From NCBI RefSeq assembly GCF_052169795.1, contig NZ_JBQNBU010000001.1, positions 6,477-70,476 on the forward strand: a stretch of 64,000 bases of DNA, given 5' to 3'. The notes beneath the pieces are model-generated. The model did not search any database. It was not told the DNA's origin and was given only the letters and a program-made list of their open reading frames with translations. Positions within the stretch are counted from its first letter, which is position 1, and each line of letters begins with the position of its first letter. The translations under genes and the position numbers were made by a program. The DNA is from Catonella sp. GTDB taxonomy: Bacteria > Bacillota > Clostridia > Lachnospirales > Lachnospiraceae. Shown here in pieces: positions 11,062-19,678 of this stretch.

Positions 11062-11105
11062 ATAGAAAATTACTATAATAAAGCTATTTTATAGTAATAG
11101 TCTAT
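11062..11105. promoter_or_regulatory. Two LysR-type boxes (ATAG-N7-CTAT) upstream of yedF
   Basis: ATAGaaaattaCTAT at 11062-11076 and ATAGtaatagtCTAT at 11091-11105; both fit the T-N11-A LysR pattern. Confidence 0.5.
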
Positions 11106-11165
11106 TAGACTAATCTCTTTGAAAATGATAGACTTTATATAGATAAAAAATGTATGGAGGCAGTT

Positions 11166-11762
11166 ATGGAGAAGAAATTGGATTGTAGGGGAATGGCTTG
11201 CCCATTGCCTGTAGTAACAGCAAAAAAAGCCATTGAAGAATTTACAGAGGAAGGCATTGTTGAAGTAATAGTTGATAATGAGACGGCAGTTCAGAACCTG
11301 CTAAAACTTGCAGCAAAAAGTAATTTTAATGCTGCAAGCGAGAAAAAGTCGGAGGAAGAGTTTGTAGTTAGGATTGAAGTTAAGACTGAAACTAATGAGG
11401 TAAAGAATGACAGTGAAAAGAAGTCGGGTCCTACTACAATAGTTATTTCCGGTTCTACAATGGGAAGTGGAGATGATGAACTTGGTAAAAATTTGATGAA
11501 AGCATATATTTTTGCTCTTACAAATGTAACTCCTGTTCCTGACAATATAATATTTTATAATGGTGGTGCATATCTTACAGTGGAAGGCTCAGCCTCTTTG
11601 GAAGACCTAAAGAACCTTGAGAAAGCAGGAGTGAATATAATGACTTGCGGCACCTGTCTTAATTTCTATGGAATAGCAGACAAGCTCAGTGTGGGGCAGG
11701 TATCAAATATGTATGATATTGCTCAGACTATGGCTGATTCAGGCAGTATTATTCGTCCTTAA
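11166..11762 (+). CDS. yedF: Sulfurtransferase-like selenium metabolism protein YedF (TusA/SirA + DsrE-like domains)
   Basis: LDCRGMACPLPV TusA motif; MGSGDDELG...FYNGG...TCGTCLNFYG...VGQVSNMY. ATG at 11166 follows GGAGG. Confidence 0.88.
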   Translation: MEKKLDCRGMACPLPVVTAKKAIEEFTEEGIVEVIVDNETAVQNLLKLAAKSNFNAASEKKSEEEFVVRIEVKTETNEVKNDSEKKSGPTTIVISGSTMGSGDDELGKNLMKAYIFALTNVTPVPDNIIFYNGGAYLTVEGSASLEDLKNLEKAGVNIMTCGTCLNFYGIADKLSVGQVSNMYDIAQTMADSGSIIRP

Positions 11763-11771
11763 GAGGTATTG

Positions 11772-12008
11772 ATGAGAGCGAAAGAACCTAAGATAGTAGT
11801 TACATTTAGCAATACAACAGATGCAATGAAGATGGAAGCGGTGTGTGGAGAATATGAAGTTGGGGGAAGGATGATTCCGGTGCCAAAAGTAATCTCCGCA
11901 GGCTGTGGACTTGCCTGGTGTTCTGCTCCTGAGAATGAGAATAGAATTAGAGAGGTTCTTGAATTGGTGGGACTTAAGGAACAGGCTATACATTATTGCC
12001 TAATATAA
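11772..12008 (+). CDS. DUF3343-family small protein (putative Se/S carrier-associated)
   Basis: VTFSNTTDAMKME...GRMIPVPKVISAGCGLAW pattern; lies between yedF and tRNA-Sec. Confidence 0.8.
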   Translation: MRAKEPKIVVTFSNTTDAMKMEAVCGEYEVGGRMIPVPKVISAGCGLAWCSAPENENRIREVLELVGLKEQAIHYCLI

Positions 12009-12037
12009 TTGACAGAAGATGAAAAAAGATATATAAT
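12009..12037 (+). promoter_or_regulatory. Consensus sigma-A promoter of selC
   Basis: TTGACA (12009-14), 17 bp, TATAAT (12032-37). Confidence 0.85.
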
Positions 12038-12053
12038 ACTCATGTTGTCCTTT

Positions 12054-12150
12054 GGGGGCGGTTAGGTAACTGGTGTGCCTCCTGGTCTTCAAAACCAGTG
12101 TAGGGCGCGTTTGCGTCCCGGGTGAGTTCGATTCTCACACGCCTTCGCCA
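12054..12150 (+). tRNA. selC: tRNA-Sec (anticodon UCA)
   Basis: Anticodon arm CTGGT-CTTCAAA-ACCAG, long variable arm GGGCGC-GTTT-GCGTCC, T arm GTGAG-TTCGATT-CTCAC, G discriminator plus encoded CCA; 97 nt. Confidence 0.95.
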
Positions 12151-12175
12151 GAATATATCGGAGAATATCCGTTTT

Positions 12176-12205
12176 AGGATGCTGCCAAGTGCAGCATCCT
12201 TTTTT
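12176..12205 (+). terminator. Intrinsic terminator after selC
   Basis: AGGATGCTGC-caagt-GCAGCATCCT followed by TTTTT. Confidence 0.88.
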
Positions 12206-12310
12206 ACAGTTAGTTGGAAAATTAATACAGAAATTTTTTACAATAAGAAATATTTGATTTATGTGCAGTGTATAACAAAATGTGTAAGCAAAGACTATTT
12301 AAGGAGAAGT

Positions 12311-13498
12311 ATGAAAATTTTAAGTATTATAGCTCAGAAGCCGATGTCAACAGGAAGTGGAATTTATCTTACGGAATTAGTTAGGGTACTTGCTGAAGAG
12401 GGGCATATTCAGGGAGTTGTGGCAGGAGTGTATAAAGAAGATAGTATAAACTTGCCTGAAGAAGCTAAGTTTTATCCGGTATATTTTCGTTCTGAAGGAC
12501 TGCCTTTTAATATTTTCGGTATGTCTGATGAAATGCCGTATGAGAGTACGAGATATTGTGATATGATGGAGGATATGGAAGAAAAATTCAAGAGAGAATT
12601 TTTAACGGTTATTGACAGGGCGGTAAATGAAATTAAGCCGGATATTATACTCTGTCATCATCTGTACTTACTTACAAGCATTGTAAGAGAGAGATTTCCT
12701 GAACTTAAGGTGTATGGTTTCTGTCATAATACAGATTTAAGGCAGATGGGAAAACATGATTTAGAACGAGAATTTATTATAAATAATATCAGAAAATTAG
12801 ATAGAATCTTTGCTCCACAGGAAGCTCAGGCAAAAGAAGTTGTAAGAACATACGGAGTAGAATCTGATAAAATTACACTTGTTGGAATCGGATATAATCA
12901 GAATATTTTTAATATTGATGGAAGAAGAGAGGGCAGCAGTGTAAAACGCCTGCTTTTTACCGGGAAAATAGCAGAGAAAAAGGGAGTAATGAGCCTGATA
13001 AGAAGCCTTGAAGCCTTAGAATATCCTAAAGATGAGTTGGAGCTTACTCTGGTCGGCGGAGCAGGAAATATAGAAGAATATGAAATTATTAAGGACATGG
13101 CAGAAAAATGCAAATATAAGATAAATTTTACAGGAAGGCTTAATCCTTATGAAGTTGCTGAAAAATATAGAGAAAATGATATTTTTGTACTGCCTTCATT
13201 TTTTGATGCCATCCCACTTGTAGTTATAGAGGCGTTAGCTTGTGGAATGAAGGTGGTAGTAACTGAACTTCCGGGAGTGAGAGATTTTTTTACTAAAAAT
13301 GTATCTAATGCCAATATAAGATATGTAAAGTTACCTACATTAAAAAACATGGATGAACCTGTTAAAGAGGAACTGCCTGATTTTGAAGAGCGATTAGCAG
13401 GAACTATTTCGGAAGCCATGGAAGATGGTTCTGAGGCTGATGCCGCAAGTGTGTTAAATCTTTCTTGGGAGAATATTTTGAAGAAAGTTCTAGAGTAA
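12311..13498 (+). CDS. Glycosyltransferase family 4 (GT-B fold)
   Basis: N-terminal KILSIIAQKPMSTGSG; LLFTGKIAEKKG; DIFVLPSFFDAIPLVVIEALACG donor-binding motif. ATG at 12311 follows AAGGAG. Confidence 0.88.
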   Translation: MKILSIIAQKPMSTGSGIYLTELVRVLAEEGHIQGVVAGVYKEDSINLPEEAKFYPVYFRSEGLPFNIFGMSDEMPYESTRYCDMMEDMEEKFKREFLTVIDRAVNEIKPDIILCHHLYLLTSIVRERFPELKVYGFCHNTDLRQMGKHDLEREFIINNIRKLDRIFAPQEAQAKEVVRTYGVESDKITLVGIGYNQNIFNIDGRREGSSVKRLLFTGKIAEKKGVMSLIRSLEALEYPKDELELTLVGGAGNIEEYEIIKDMAEKCKYKINFTGRLNPYEVAEKYRENDIFVLPSFFDAIPLVVIEALACGMKVVVTELPGVRDFFTKNVSNANIRYVKLPTLKNMDEPVKEELPDFEERLAGTISEAMEDGSEADAASVLNLSWENILKKVLE

Positions 13499-13499
13499 A

Positions 13500-13572
13500 A
13501 ATAAAAAAAGCAGGTTCCCAGATGCCTGCTTTTTATTATTCACATATGATGGTATTGTGTGAACCAGAGATG
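13500..13572 (-). ncRNA. Candidate ~70-nt small RNA
   Basis: Minus-strand TTTACA-17-TATTAT promoter (13606-13578), internal hairpin TTCACA/TGTGAA, then the terminator with a T7 run; no ORF. Confidence 0.4.
13505..13534. terminator. Bidirectional intrinsic terminator
   Basis: AAAAAGCAGG-ttcccagatg-CCTGCTTTTT with A and T tracts on both sides. Confidence 0.8.
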
Positions 13573-13785
13573 ATATTATAATACATTATAATATGGTATT
13601 TGTAAAATTGTTTAATCATATAGCTAATGTTTATTTATAGATAAAATCTATGAAAGTATTATATGTTTTTTTTCGATATTTGATTATATTATCATTTTAT
13701 TATATACTGTCATAAGAGTATTGAATATGCTTGATAACGGCATCATAGAATAATTCATAGATGTTTCTTTAAGGAGGAGATTGAT

Positions 13786-14271
13786 ATGTACGAATTATAT
13801 ATAAAGCAGAAAGTTTTTAAAATAACAGACCATTATGATGTTATGGATGCAAATCAGAATCCGGTTTATCGTGTGGATCAGGATTTCAGACTTATAGGAA
13901 ATACTGTTCATGTGAGTCGTATGGATGGAACAGAGGCCTTTGTAATAAACAGACAGGTACTTACTTTTATGCCGAAGTTTACAGTGGATTTCAGCAATGG
14001 AAAGTCAGCTGTAATTAAACAGAATTTTACAATTTTTAAAAAATCTATTGATATATTTTCGGATGATTATTCTCTTAGGCTTGAAGGTAGTTTTTGGGAT
14101 ATGGATTTTGGAGTATTTAATAACGGAATAGAGGTAGGTAATATAAGTAAACAATTTTTGGCTTGGGGTGATACCTATGTTATTCGTGTAATTGATGCTG
14201 AATTTGAAGAAGCATTGATTGCACTTTTAATAGCGGTAGATAATATAAAAGATGGGGAAGAAAACAATTAG
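13786..14271 (+). CDS. LURP-one-related / Tubby C-terminal-like (YxjI-type) protein
   Basis: LYIKQKVFKITDHY...EGSFWDMDF...ISKQFLAWGDTYVI...LIALLIAVD pattern; strong AGGAGG RBS. Confidence 0.8.
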   Translation: MYELYIKQKVFKITDHYDVMDANQNPVYRVDQDFRLIGNTVHVSRMDGTEAFVINRQVLTFMPKFTVDFSNGKSAVIKQNFTIFKKSIDIFSDDYSLRLEGSFWDMDFGVFNNGIEVGNISKQFLAWGDTYVIRVIDAEFEEALIALLIAVDNIKDGEENN

Positions 14272-14284
14272 AATTGGAGAATAA

Positions 14285-15679
14285 ATGGCAGAAAAAATAT
14301 ATTTAGTTTCACTTGGCTGTGATAAAAATCTTGTAGATTCCGAAATTATGCTTGGACTTTTAAACAAGGCAGGTTATGAGATTACAGATGAGCTTTATGA
14401 GGCGGATTATGGAGTAGTAAATAGTTGCTGCTTTATTGGAGATGCAAAGGAAGAAAGTATCAATACAATAATTGAGATAGGCAGACTTAAAGAAGAAGGT
14501 AAACTGAAGGGACTTGTTGTGACAGGCTGTCTTGCACAAAGGTATCAGTCGATGATTACGGATGAGCTTCCTGAGGCAGATGCTGTCATAGGTACAACTG
14601 CCTATGACAGTATAGTGAAAGCTATAGAGGAGATAAAGTTTAAAAAGGATGCAGAAAAAAAACAGCTGTATATAGAAGAACTTGACCGACTTGCAGGAGG
14701 AGAAGAGCACAGGCTTGTACCTGCAGGTGAAATGTCATCTTATATAAAAATAGCAGAAGGCTGTAATAAGCGTTGTACTTACTGTATCATCCCGTATATT
14801 CGTGGAAATTTCAGAAGTTTACCTATGGAAACAATTTTAAAAGAGGCTGAAAACCTTGCAAATATGGGCACAAAGGAACTTATCCTGGTTGCGCAGGAAA
14901 CTACTTTATATGGAGTGGACATATATGGGAAAAAAGCTTTACCTGATTTATTACATGAATTATCAAAAATTAGTGGAATTGAATGGATAAGACTGTTATA
15001 CTGTTATCCGGAAGAGATTACAGATGAAATTATTCAGGCTATAAAAAATGAGAAAAAAGTCTGTCATTATATAGATATGCCTATACAGCACAGCTCTGAT
15101 TCTATACTTAAGCGAATGGCAAGAAGGACAAACCAGGCTGAAATTAGGGAGAAGATTGCAAAACTTCGTAAGGAAATTCCGGATATTGCACTTAGAACCA
15201 CTCTTATTACAGGCTTTCCCGGTGAAACAGAGGAAGACTTCAAGGAACTGTTTAATTTTGTAGATGAAATGGAATTTGACAGGCTTGGAGTATTTACTTA
15301 TTCCGCAGAGGAAGGTACGCCTGCAGCAGAAATGGCAAATCAGGTAGATGAGGATGTAAAAATAGCCCGAAGAAATGAAATTATGGAACTTCAGCAAGAG
15401 ATTTCAGCTGAAAAAGCTGAGAGCAGAATAGGTCAGATTTACGAAGTGCTTGTAGAAGGGATGCTATCCGATGATTCTGTAAATGAAGAAAGCATTGAGG
15501 CTTTAGTAAGAGCGAGAGAGTATGGTAAAAAAGTATATATTGGCAGAACATATATGGATGCTCCTGATGTGGATGGACAGGTATTTTTTGAATCTGAGTA
15601 TGAAATTTTGTCAGGAGAATTTGTGGATGTTGAGATTACCGGCTCAAATGAATATGACTTGTTCGGAATTCTGGTTTAG
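14285..15679 (+). CDS. rimO: Ribosomal protein S12 methylthiotransferase
   Basis: SLGCDKNLVDSE, AEGCNKRCTYCIIP radical SAM motif, DAPDVDG in the TRAM domain; precedes pgsA. Confidence 0.95.
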   Translation: MAEKIYLVSLGCDKNLVDSEIMLGLLNKAGYEITDELYEADYGVVNSCCFIGDAKEESINTIIEIGRLKEEGKLKGLVVTGCLAQRYQSMITDELPEADAVIGTTAYDSIVKAIEEIKFKKDAEKKQLYIEELDRLAGGEEHRLVPAGEMSSYIKIAEGCNKRCTYCIIPYIRGNFRSLPMETILKEAENLANMGTKELILVAQETTLYGVDIYGKKALPDLLHELSKISGIEWIRLLYCYPEEITDEIIQAIKNEKKVCHYIDMPIQHSSDSILKRMARRTNQAEIREKIAKLRKEIPDIALRTTLITGFPGETEEDFKELFNFVDEMEFDRLGVFTYSAEEGTPAAEMANQVDEDVKIARRNEIMELQQEISAEKAESRIGQIYEVLVEGMLSDDSVNEESIEALVRAREYGKKVYIGRTYMDAPDVDGQVFFESEYEILSGEFVDVEITGSNEYDLFGILV

Positions 15680-15691
15680 GAGGAATGGAGG

Positions 15692-16231
15692 ATGAATCTG
15701 CCTAATAAGATTACGGTATTTAGGATGCTTACAATACCTTTTTTTGTGGCATGTATGTTAATTAAGGAAATTCCATACAATGAGGTTATTGCAGGAGTGA
15801 TATTTATAATAGCTTCACTTTCAGATCTTGTGGATGGAAAGATTGCAAGGCGTTATAATCTGGTTACTAATTTTGGGAAATTTATGGATCCGTTAGCGGA
15901 TAAGCTATTGGTACAGTCTGCATTAATCTGCTTTATGGCTAAGGGGCTTATGCCGGCTTGGATGGTAATTGTAATTTTGAGCCGTGAGTTTATCATAAGT
16001 GGTTTCAGACTTGTGGCTGCTGATAAAGGAATAGTAATTGCAGCAGGTTATTGGGGAAAACTTAAGACAGTATTCCAAATGGTTATGAGTGTTATGCTTA
16101 TTTTTCATTTCATACATCCAATTTGGCAGCTCATTGAAGACATACTTATATGGGCTTCGTTGGCACTTACAATTATTTCTTTAGCAGATTATATAATAAA
16201 AAATAAAGATGTTCTAAGGGAAACAAAATAA
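15692..16231 (+). CDS. pgsA: CDP-diacylglycerol--glycerol-3-phosphate 3-phosphatidyltransferase
   Basis: MNLPNKIT, DLVDGKIARRYNLVTNFGKFMDPLADK. Confidence 0.96.
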   Translation: MNLPNKITVFRMLTIPFFVACMLIKEIPYNEVIAGVIFIIASLSDLVDGKIARRYNLVTNFGKFMDPLADKLLVQSALICFMAKGLMPAWMVIVILSREFIISGFRLVAADKGIVIAAGYWGKLKTVFQMVMSVMLIFHFIHPIWQLIEDILIWASLALTIISLADYIIKNKDVLRETK

Positions 16232-16245
16232 AAGGAAATAAAATA

Positions 16246-16728
16246 ATGACACTTGAAGAAGAAGCGGTTAAGAATCTACTGGCAAAAAATCTTACTATTA
16301 CAACGGCGGAGTCCTGTACGGGAGGACTTATTGCGGCAAGAATTATAGATGTTTCAGGGGCATCAGGCTGTTTTAATGAAGGTTATATTACCTATGCAAA
16401 TGAGGCTAAAGTAAGGTTGCTTGGTGTAAGAGAAGAGAGTATAAGAGAGTTCGGTGTAGTAAGTGCTGAAGTGGTGGAAGAGATGGCTGAGGGAGCCTTG
16501 AATAAGGCTGATGCAGATATGGCAGTGGCTGTATCAGGTATTGCAGGTCCTCTTGGCGGAAGTAAGAAGAAGCCGGTAGGAACTGTGTATATAGGGCTTT
16601 GCAGGCGTGATAAAGCAATAGGACGGCTTGCTAAAAGGTCTTATCATTTTCAGTTTGATGGAGACAGGACTGAAATTAGAAATAAGACAGTTGAAGAAGC
16701 ATTAAAAATTATTTTATCTGCCATATAA
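16246..16728 (+). CDS. CinA C-terminal domain / NMN deamidase (PncC-type)
   Basis: AESCTGGLI, TYANEAK, SGIAGPLGG...KPVGTV. Confidence 0.9.
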   Translation: MTLEEEAVKNLLAKNLTITTAESCTGGLIAARIIDVSGASGCFNEGYITYANEAKVRLLGVREESIREFGVVSAEVVEEMAEGALNKADADMAVAVSGIAGPLGGSKKKPVGTVYIGLCRRDKAIGRLAKRSYHFQFDGDRTEIRNKTVEEALKIILSAI

Positions 16729-16782
16729 TTGACAATAAAACCCCCTATTCTATAGCTACAGCTGTTAGGAAAGGAGGTTTTT

Positions 16783-17310
16783 ATGTTTAAAATATGTAAA
16801 GGCACTTTTGTCTGCTGTCTTATTATGATGATTTTTATAACTTCATGCAGCAAAAAAGAAAAGGCTGTAGATGATATGGTTTCTAACAGTATTCCTGTTG
16901 AAGGAATTTCTTTAAAATCCGGTACTGCCAGTGTTGCTGATAAGAAATTTACACTGTATACTATTGAAGATGAACAGGTTGTGCCAAAGAGTATAGATGG
17001 CGATAATATGGATGTGGATGCTATGTTTGAGTCGGTTATGTTGGAATTGGATGATTTGATAGATGATGTGGAGGCAGATTTGCTAAAGGAAGGTAAGTCT
17101 ATCACTATAAATTTTAAAGTGGCAGACAAAAAACATCCTTTTGGAAAGAAAAATAGAGTATCAGAGACAATGATTTTAGAGTGTATTTCATATAGTATTT
17201 TGGATAATTTTGAGGCATACAAAAAAATATATTTTAAATTGAATGGAGAGGCTTATATTTCAGAACAGCTTAAGTTGTCTGAGGAAAAGCCGTTTATGGC
17301 AGATGAGTAA
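16783..17310 (+). CDS. Putative lipoprotein of unknown function
   Basis: AGGAGG RBS; signal peptide ending in the lipobox-like FITSC. Confidence 0.7.
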   Translation: MFKICKGTFVCCLIMMIFITSCSKKEKAVDDMVSNSIPVEGISLKSGTASVADKKFTLYTIEDEQVVPKSIDGDNMDVDAMFESVMLELDDLIDDVEADLLKEGKSITINFKVADKKHPFGKKNRVSETMILECISYSILDNFEAYKKIYFKLNGEAYISEQLKLSEEKPFMADE

Positions 17311-18541
17311 AGTTTTAGTTATTGGAGCAGGGGCAGCAGGAAGTATGGCGGCTGTATTTGCGGCAAAGAATGGGAATGAAGTTATTGTATTTGAAAAAAA
17401 TGCAAAAACAGGCAAGAAGATTTATATTACAGGCAAAGGTAGATGTAATATTACTAATGCCGTAGAAAATACAGAACTTATAAAAAATACCATCCGCAAC
17501 CCTAAATTTATGTATAGTGCTTACTCAACTTTTACGAGTGAGGATGTGATTAAGTTTTTTGAAACTCTTGGCTGTCCTGTAAAGATAGAAAGGGGGAACA
17601 GGGTATTTCCTGTAAGTGACCGTTCTTCAGATGTAATTAAGGCACTGGATAAGGCAATGGAACAGGAAGGGGTGAGGGTGCGTTACAATACACCGGTAGA
17701 GTCGCTTGTGGTTGATGAAGACGGAACAAAGATAATTGGAATCAAGCTAAGGGATGGTAAGGTTGTAGAAGCTGATAAGGTAATAGTAGCTACAGGAGGA
17801 CTGTCTTATAAATCTACGGGTTCAACAGGAGACGGATATGAATTTGCAAAACAGGCAGGGCATGAAATAAAAGAATTAAGACCAAGTCTGGTAGCTTTGC
17901 TTGTAAAAGAAAAATTTATCAAAGACTTAGAAGGGCTTTCCTTAAAAAATGTAAGGGTCAGTGTAAAAAATGGTAAAAAGACTCTGTTTGATGAACTGGG
18001 AGAAATGCTTTTTACAAGAAATGGTGTAAGCGGACCGCTGATACTTTCTGTAAGCAGTATAGCAGGAGATTTGTTTTATACAGATGGTGGAATTCTGAAT
18101 ATAGATTTAAAGCCTGCGCTTTCTGAGGAAGAATTAGACACAAGACTTTTAAGAGATTTTAATGAGTTTAAAGCAAAAGAACTGAAAAATGCACTTGATA
18201 AACTTTTGCCGAAGAGTCTGATTCCTGTTTTTTTAGAAAGGACAGGAATTAATGTAGAAAAAAAGGCAGGGATCTTAACTAAAGTAGAAAGAAGTGTTAT
18301 AATAGATTTACTCAAGCATTTTACCCTGCAAGTAACAGGTCTTAAAGGATATGAAGAAGCGGTTATTACTAAAGGTGGCGTTTCAGTTAAGGAGATTAAT
18401 CCAAAAACAATGGAGTCCAAGAAAATAAAGGGACTTTACTTTGCGGGCGAAGTATTGGATGTGGATGCTCTTACGGGAGGTTTCAATTTACAGATTGCCT
18501 GGTCAACAGGAGCTGTAGCAGGGAGTAATGTATTAGAATAA
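17303..18541 (+). CDS. HI0933/BaiN-like NAD(P)/FAD-dependent flavoprotein
   Basis: VIGAGAAG, GKKIYITGKGRCNITN, ATGGLSY..TGSTGDG, GEVLDVDALTGGFNLQ. Start reset to MSKVLVIG. Confidence 0.92.
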   Translation: MSKVLVIGAGAAGSMAAVFAAKNGNEVIVFEKNAKTGKKIYITGKGRCNITNAVENTELIKNTIRNPKFMYSAYSTFTSEDVIKFFETLGCPVKIERGNRVFPVSDRSSDVIKALDKAMEQEGVRVRYNTPVESLVVDEDGTKIIGIKLRDGKVVEADKVIVATGGLSYKSTGSTGDGYEFAKQAGHEIKELRPSLVALLVKEKFIKDLEGLSLKNVRVSVKNGKKTLFDELGEMLFTRNGVSGPLILSVSSIAGDLFYTDGGILNIDLKPALSEEELDTRLLRDFNEFKAKELKNALDKLLPKSLIPVFLERTGINVEKKAGILTKVERSVIIDLLKHFTLQVTGLKGYEEAVITKGGVSVKEINPKTMESKKIKGLYFAGEVLDVDALTGGFNLQIAWSTGAVAGSNVLE

Positions 18542-18563
18542 TATAAAACGGAGGATGATGAAA

Positions 18564-18935
18564 ATGAAAAAAATAAGTACAGATAAGGCACCTGCAGCAA
18601 TAGGACCATATAGTCAGGGAGTAGAACTCTCAAACCTTGTTTTTACGAGTGGACAGATACCTATTAATCCTGCTGTGGGCAAGATTGAAGCAGAGGGAAT
18701 TGAGGCTCAGGCGGAGCAGTCTTGTAAAAATGTTCAAGCAGTGCTCGAAGCTGCAGGACTTACTATGGAAAATGTAGTTAAGACTACCTGTCTGCTTGCA
18801 GATATGGCAGACTTTGCGGCTTTTAATAAGGTATATGAAAAATATTTTGTAAGCAAGCCTGCAAGATCATGCTTTGCTGTTAAGGCACTTCCTGCGGGTG
18901 CTTTAGTTGAAATTGAAGCTATTGCTTCAAAATAA
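18564..18935 (+). CDS. RidA family reactive intermediate deaminase
   Basis: APAAIGPYSQ, SGQIP, KPARSC, LPAGALVEIEAIA. Confidence 0.93.
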   Translation: MKKISTDKAPAAIGPYSQGVELSNLVFTSGQIPINPAVGKIEAEGIEAQAEQSCKNVQAVLEAAGLTMENVVKTTCLLADMADFAAFNKVYEKYFVSKPARSCFAVKALPAGALVEIEAIASK

Positions 18936-18978
18936 AAAATAAAATGAAGAGAATGCTTCAAAACAAAAAGAGGAACAA

Positions 18979-19656
18979 ATGAATAAGGAAATTGCAATAG
19001 ATGGACCGGCAGGAGCAGGAAAAAGTACTATAGCGAAAAAAGTAGCTGAAAAGTTGGGTCTGGTTTATGTAGATACAGGAGCCATGTTTAGGGCGATAGC
19101 TCTTTTTATGACGGAAAGAGGCATAGTTGCCGGTGAACTTGACAGGATAAAAAGCAAACTTGAGGATGTAAAGCTTGATATTGTTTACGAAAATGGTGAA
19201 CAGCAGGTTATACTTGGTGATGAAAATGTAAGCGGTAAGATAAGAAAACCTGAGATAAGCAAGGCGGCTTCGGAGTTTGCAGTCATACCTGAAGTAAGGA
19301 CAAGACTTTTAAACCTACAAAGAGAGCTTGCAGGCAAGAGGCCGGTAGTTATGGATGGAAGAGATATAGGTTCTAAGGTTCTTCCGAAAGCCGGTGTTAA
19401 GATATTTCTGACTGCCGATGTGAGAGTAAGAGCAGAGAGAAGATATAAAGAACTTACAGAAAAAGGTGAAATCGTTAATATAGAAGATATCATGTCCGAT
19501 ATTAAAAGTAGAGATGAGCAGGATATGAACAGAGCGGTTTCACCGTTAGTACAGGCAGAGGATGCTGTACTTGTGGATACCTCAGCACTCAGCATAGAAG
19601 AAGTGGTTGAGGCAATAATAAAAATTGCTCGTGATAAAAATCCGGAATTTAATTAG
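18979..19656 (+). CDS. cmk: Cytidylate kinase
   Basis: IAIDGPAGAGKST, DTGAMFR, MDGRDIG, RDEQDMNR. Confidence 0.96.
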   Translation: MNKEIAIDGPAGAGKSTIAKKVAEKLGLVYVDTGAMFRAIALFMTERGIVAGELDRIKSKLEDVKLDIVYENGEQQVILGDENVSGKIRKPEISKAASEFAVIPEVRTRLLNLQRELAGKRPVVMDGRDIGSKVLPKAGVKIFLTADVRVRAERRYKELTEKGEIVNIEDIMSDIKSRDEQDMNRAVSPLVQAEDAVLVDTSALSIEEVVEAIIKIARDKNPEFN

Positions 19657-19678
19657 TTATTTAGAAAGGAAACTATAT

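Noticed and set aside
12122..12310. 63-codon N-terminal extension of the GT4 ORF in the track
   Set aside because: It overlaps tRNA-Sec and its terminator; the real start is the ATG at 12311 with an AAGGAG SD.
12130..13540. Island integrated at the 3' end of selC
   Set aside because: No duplicated tRNA 3' end and no integrase seen; the native terminator follows the tRNA directly.
13500..13572. preQ1 riboswitch
   Set aside because: Stem-loop plus A-tract is only superficially similar, and no gene lies downstream on that strand.
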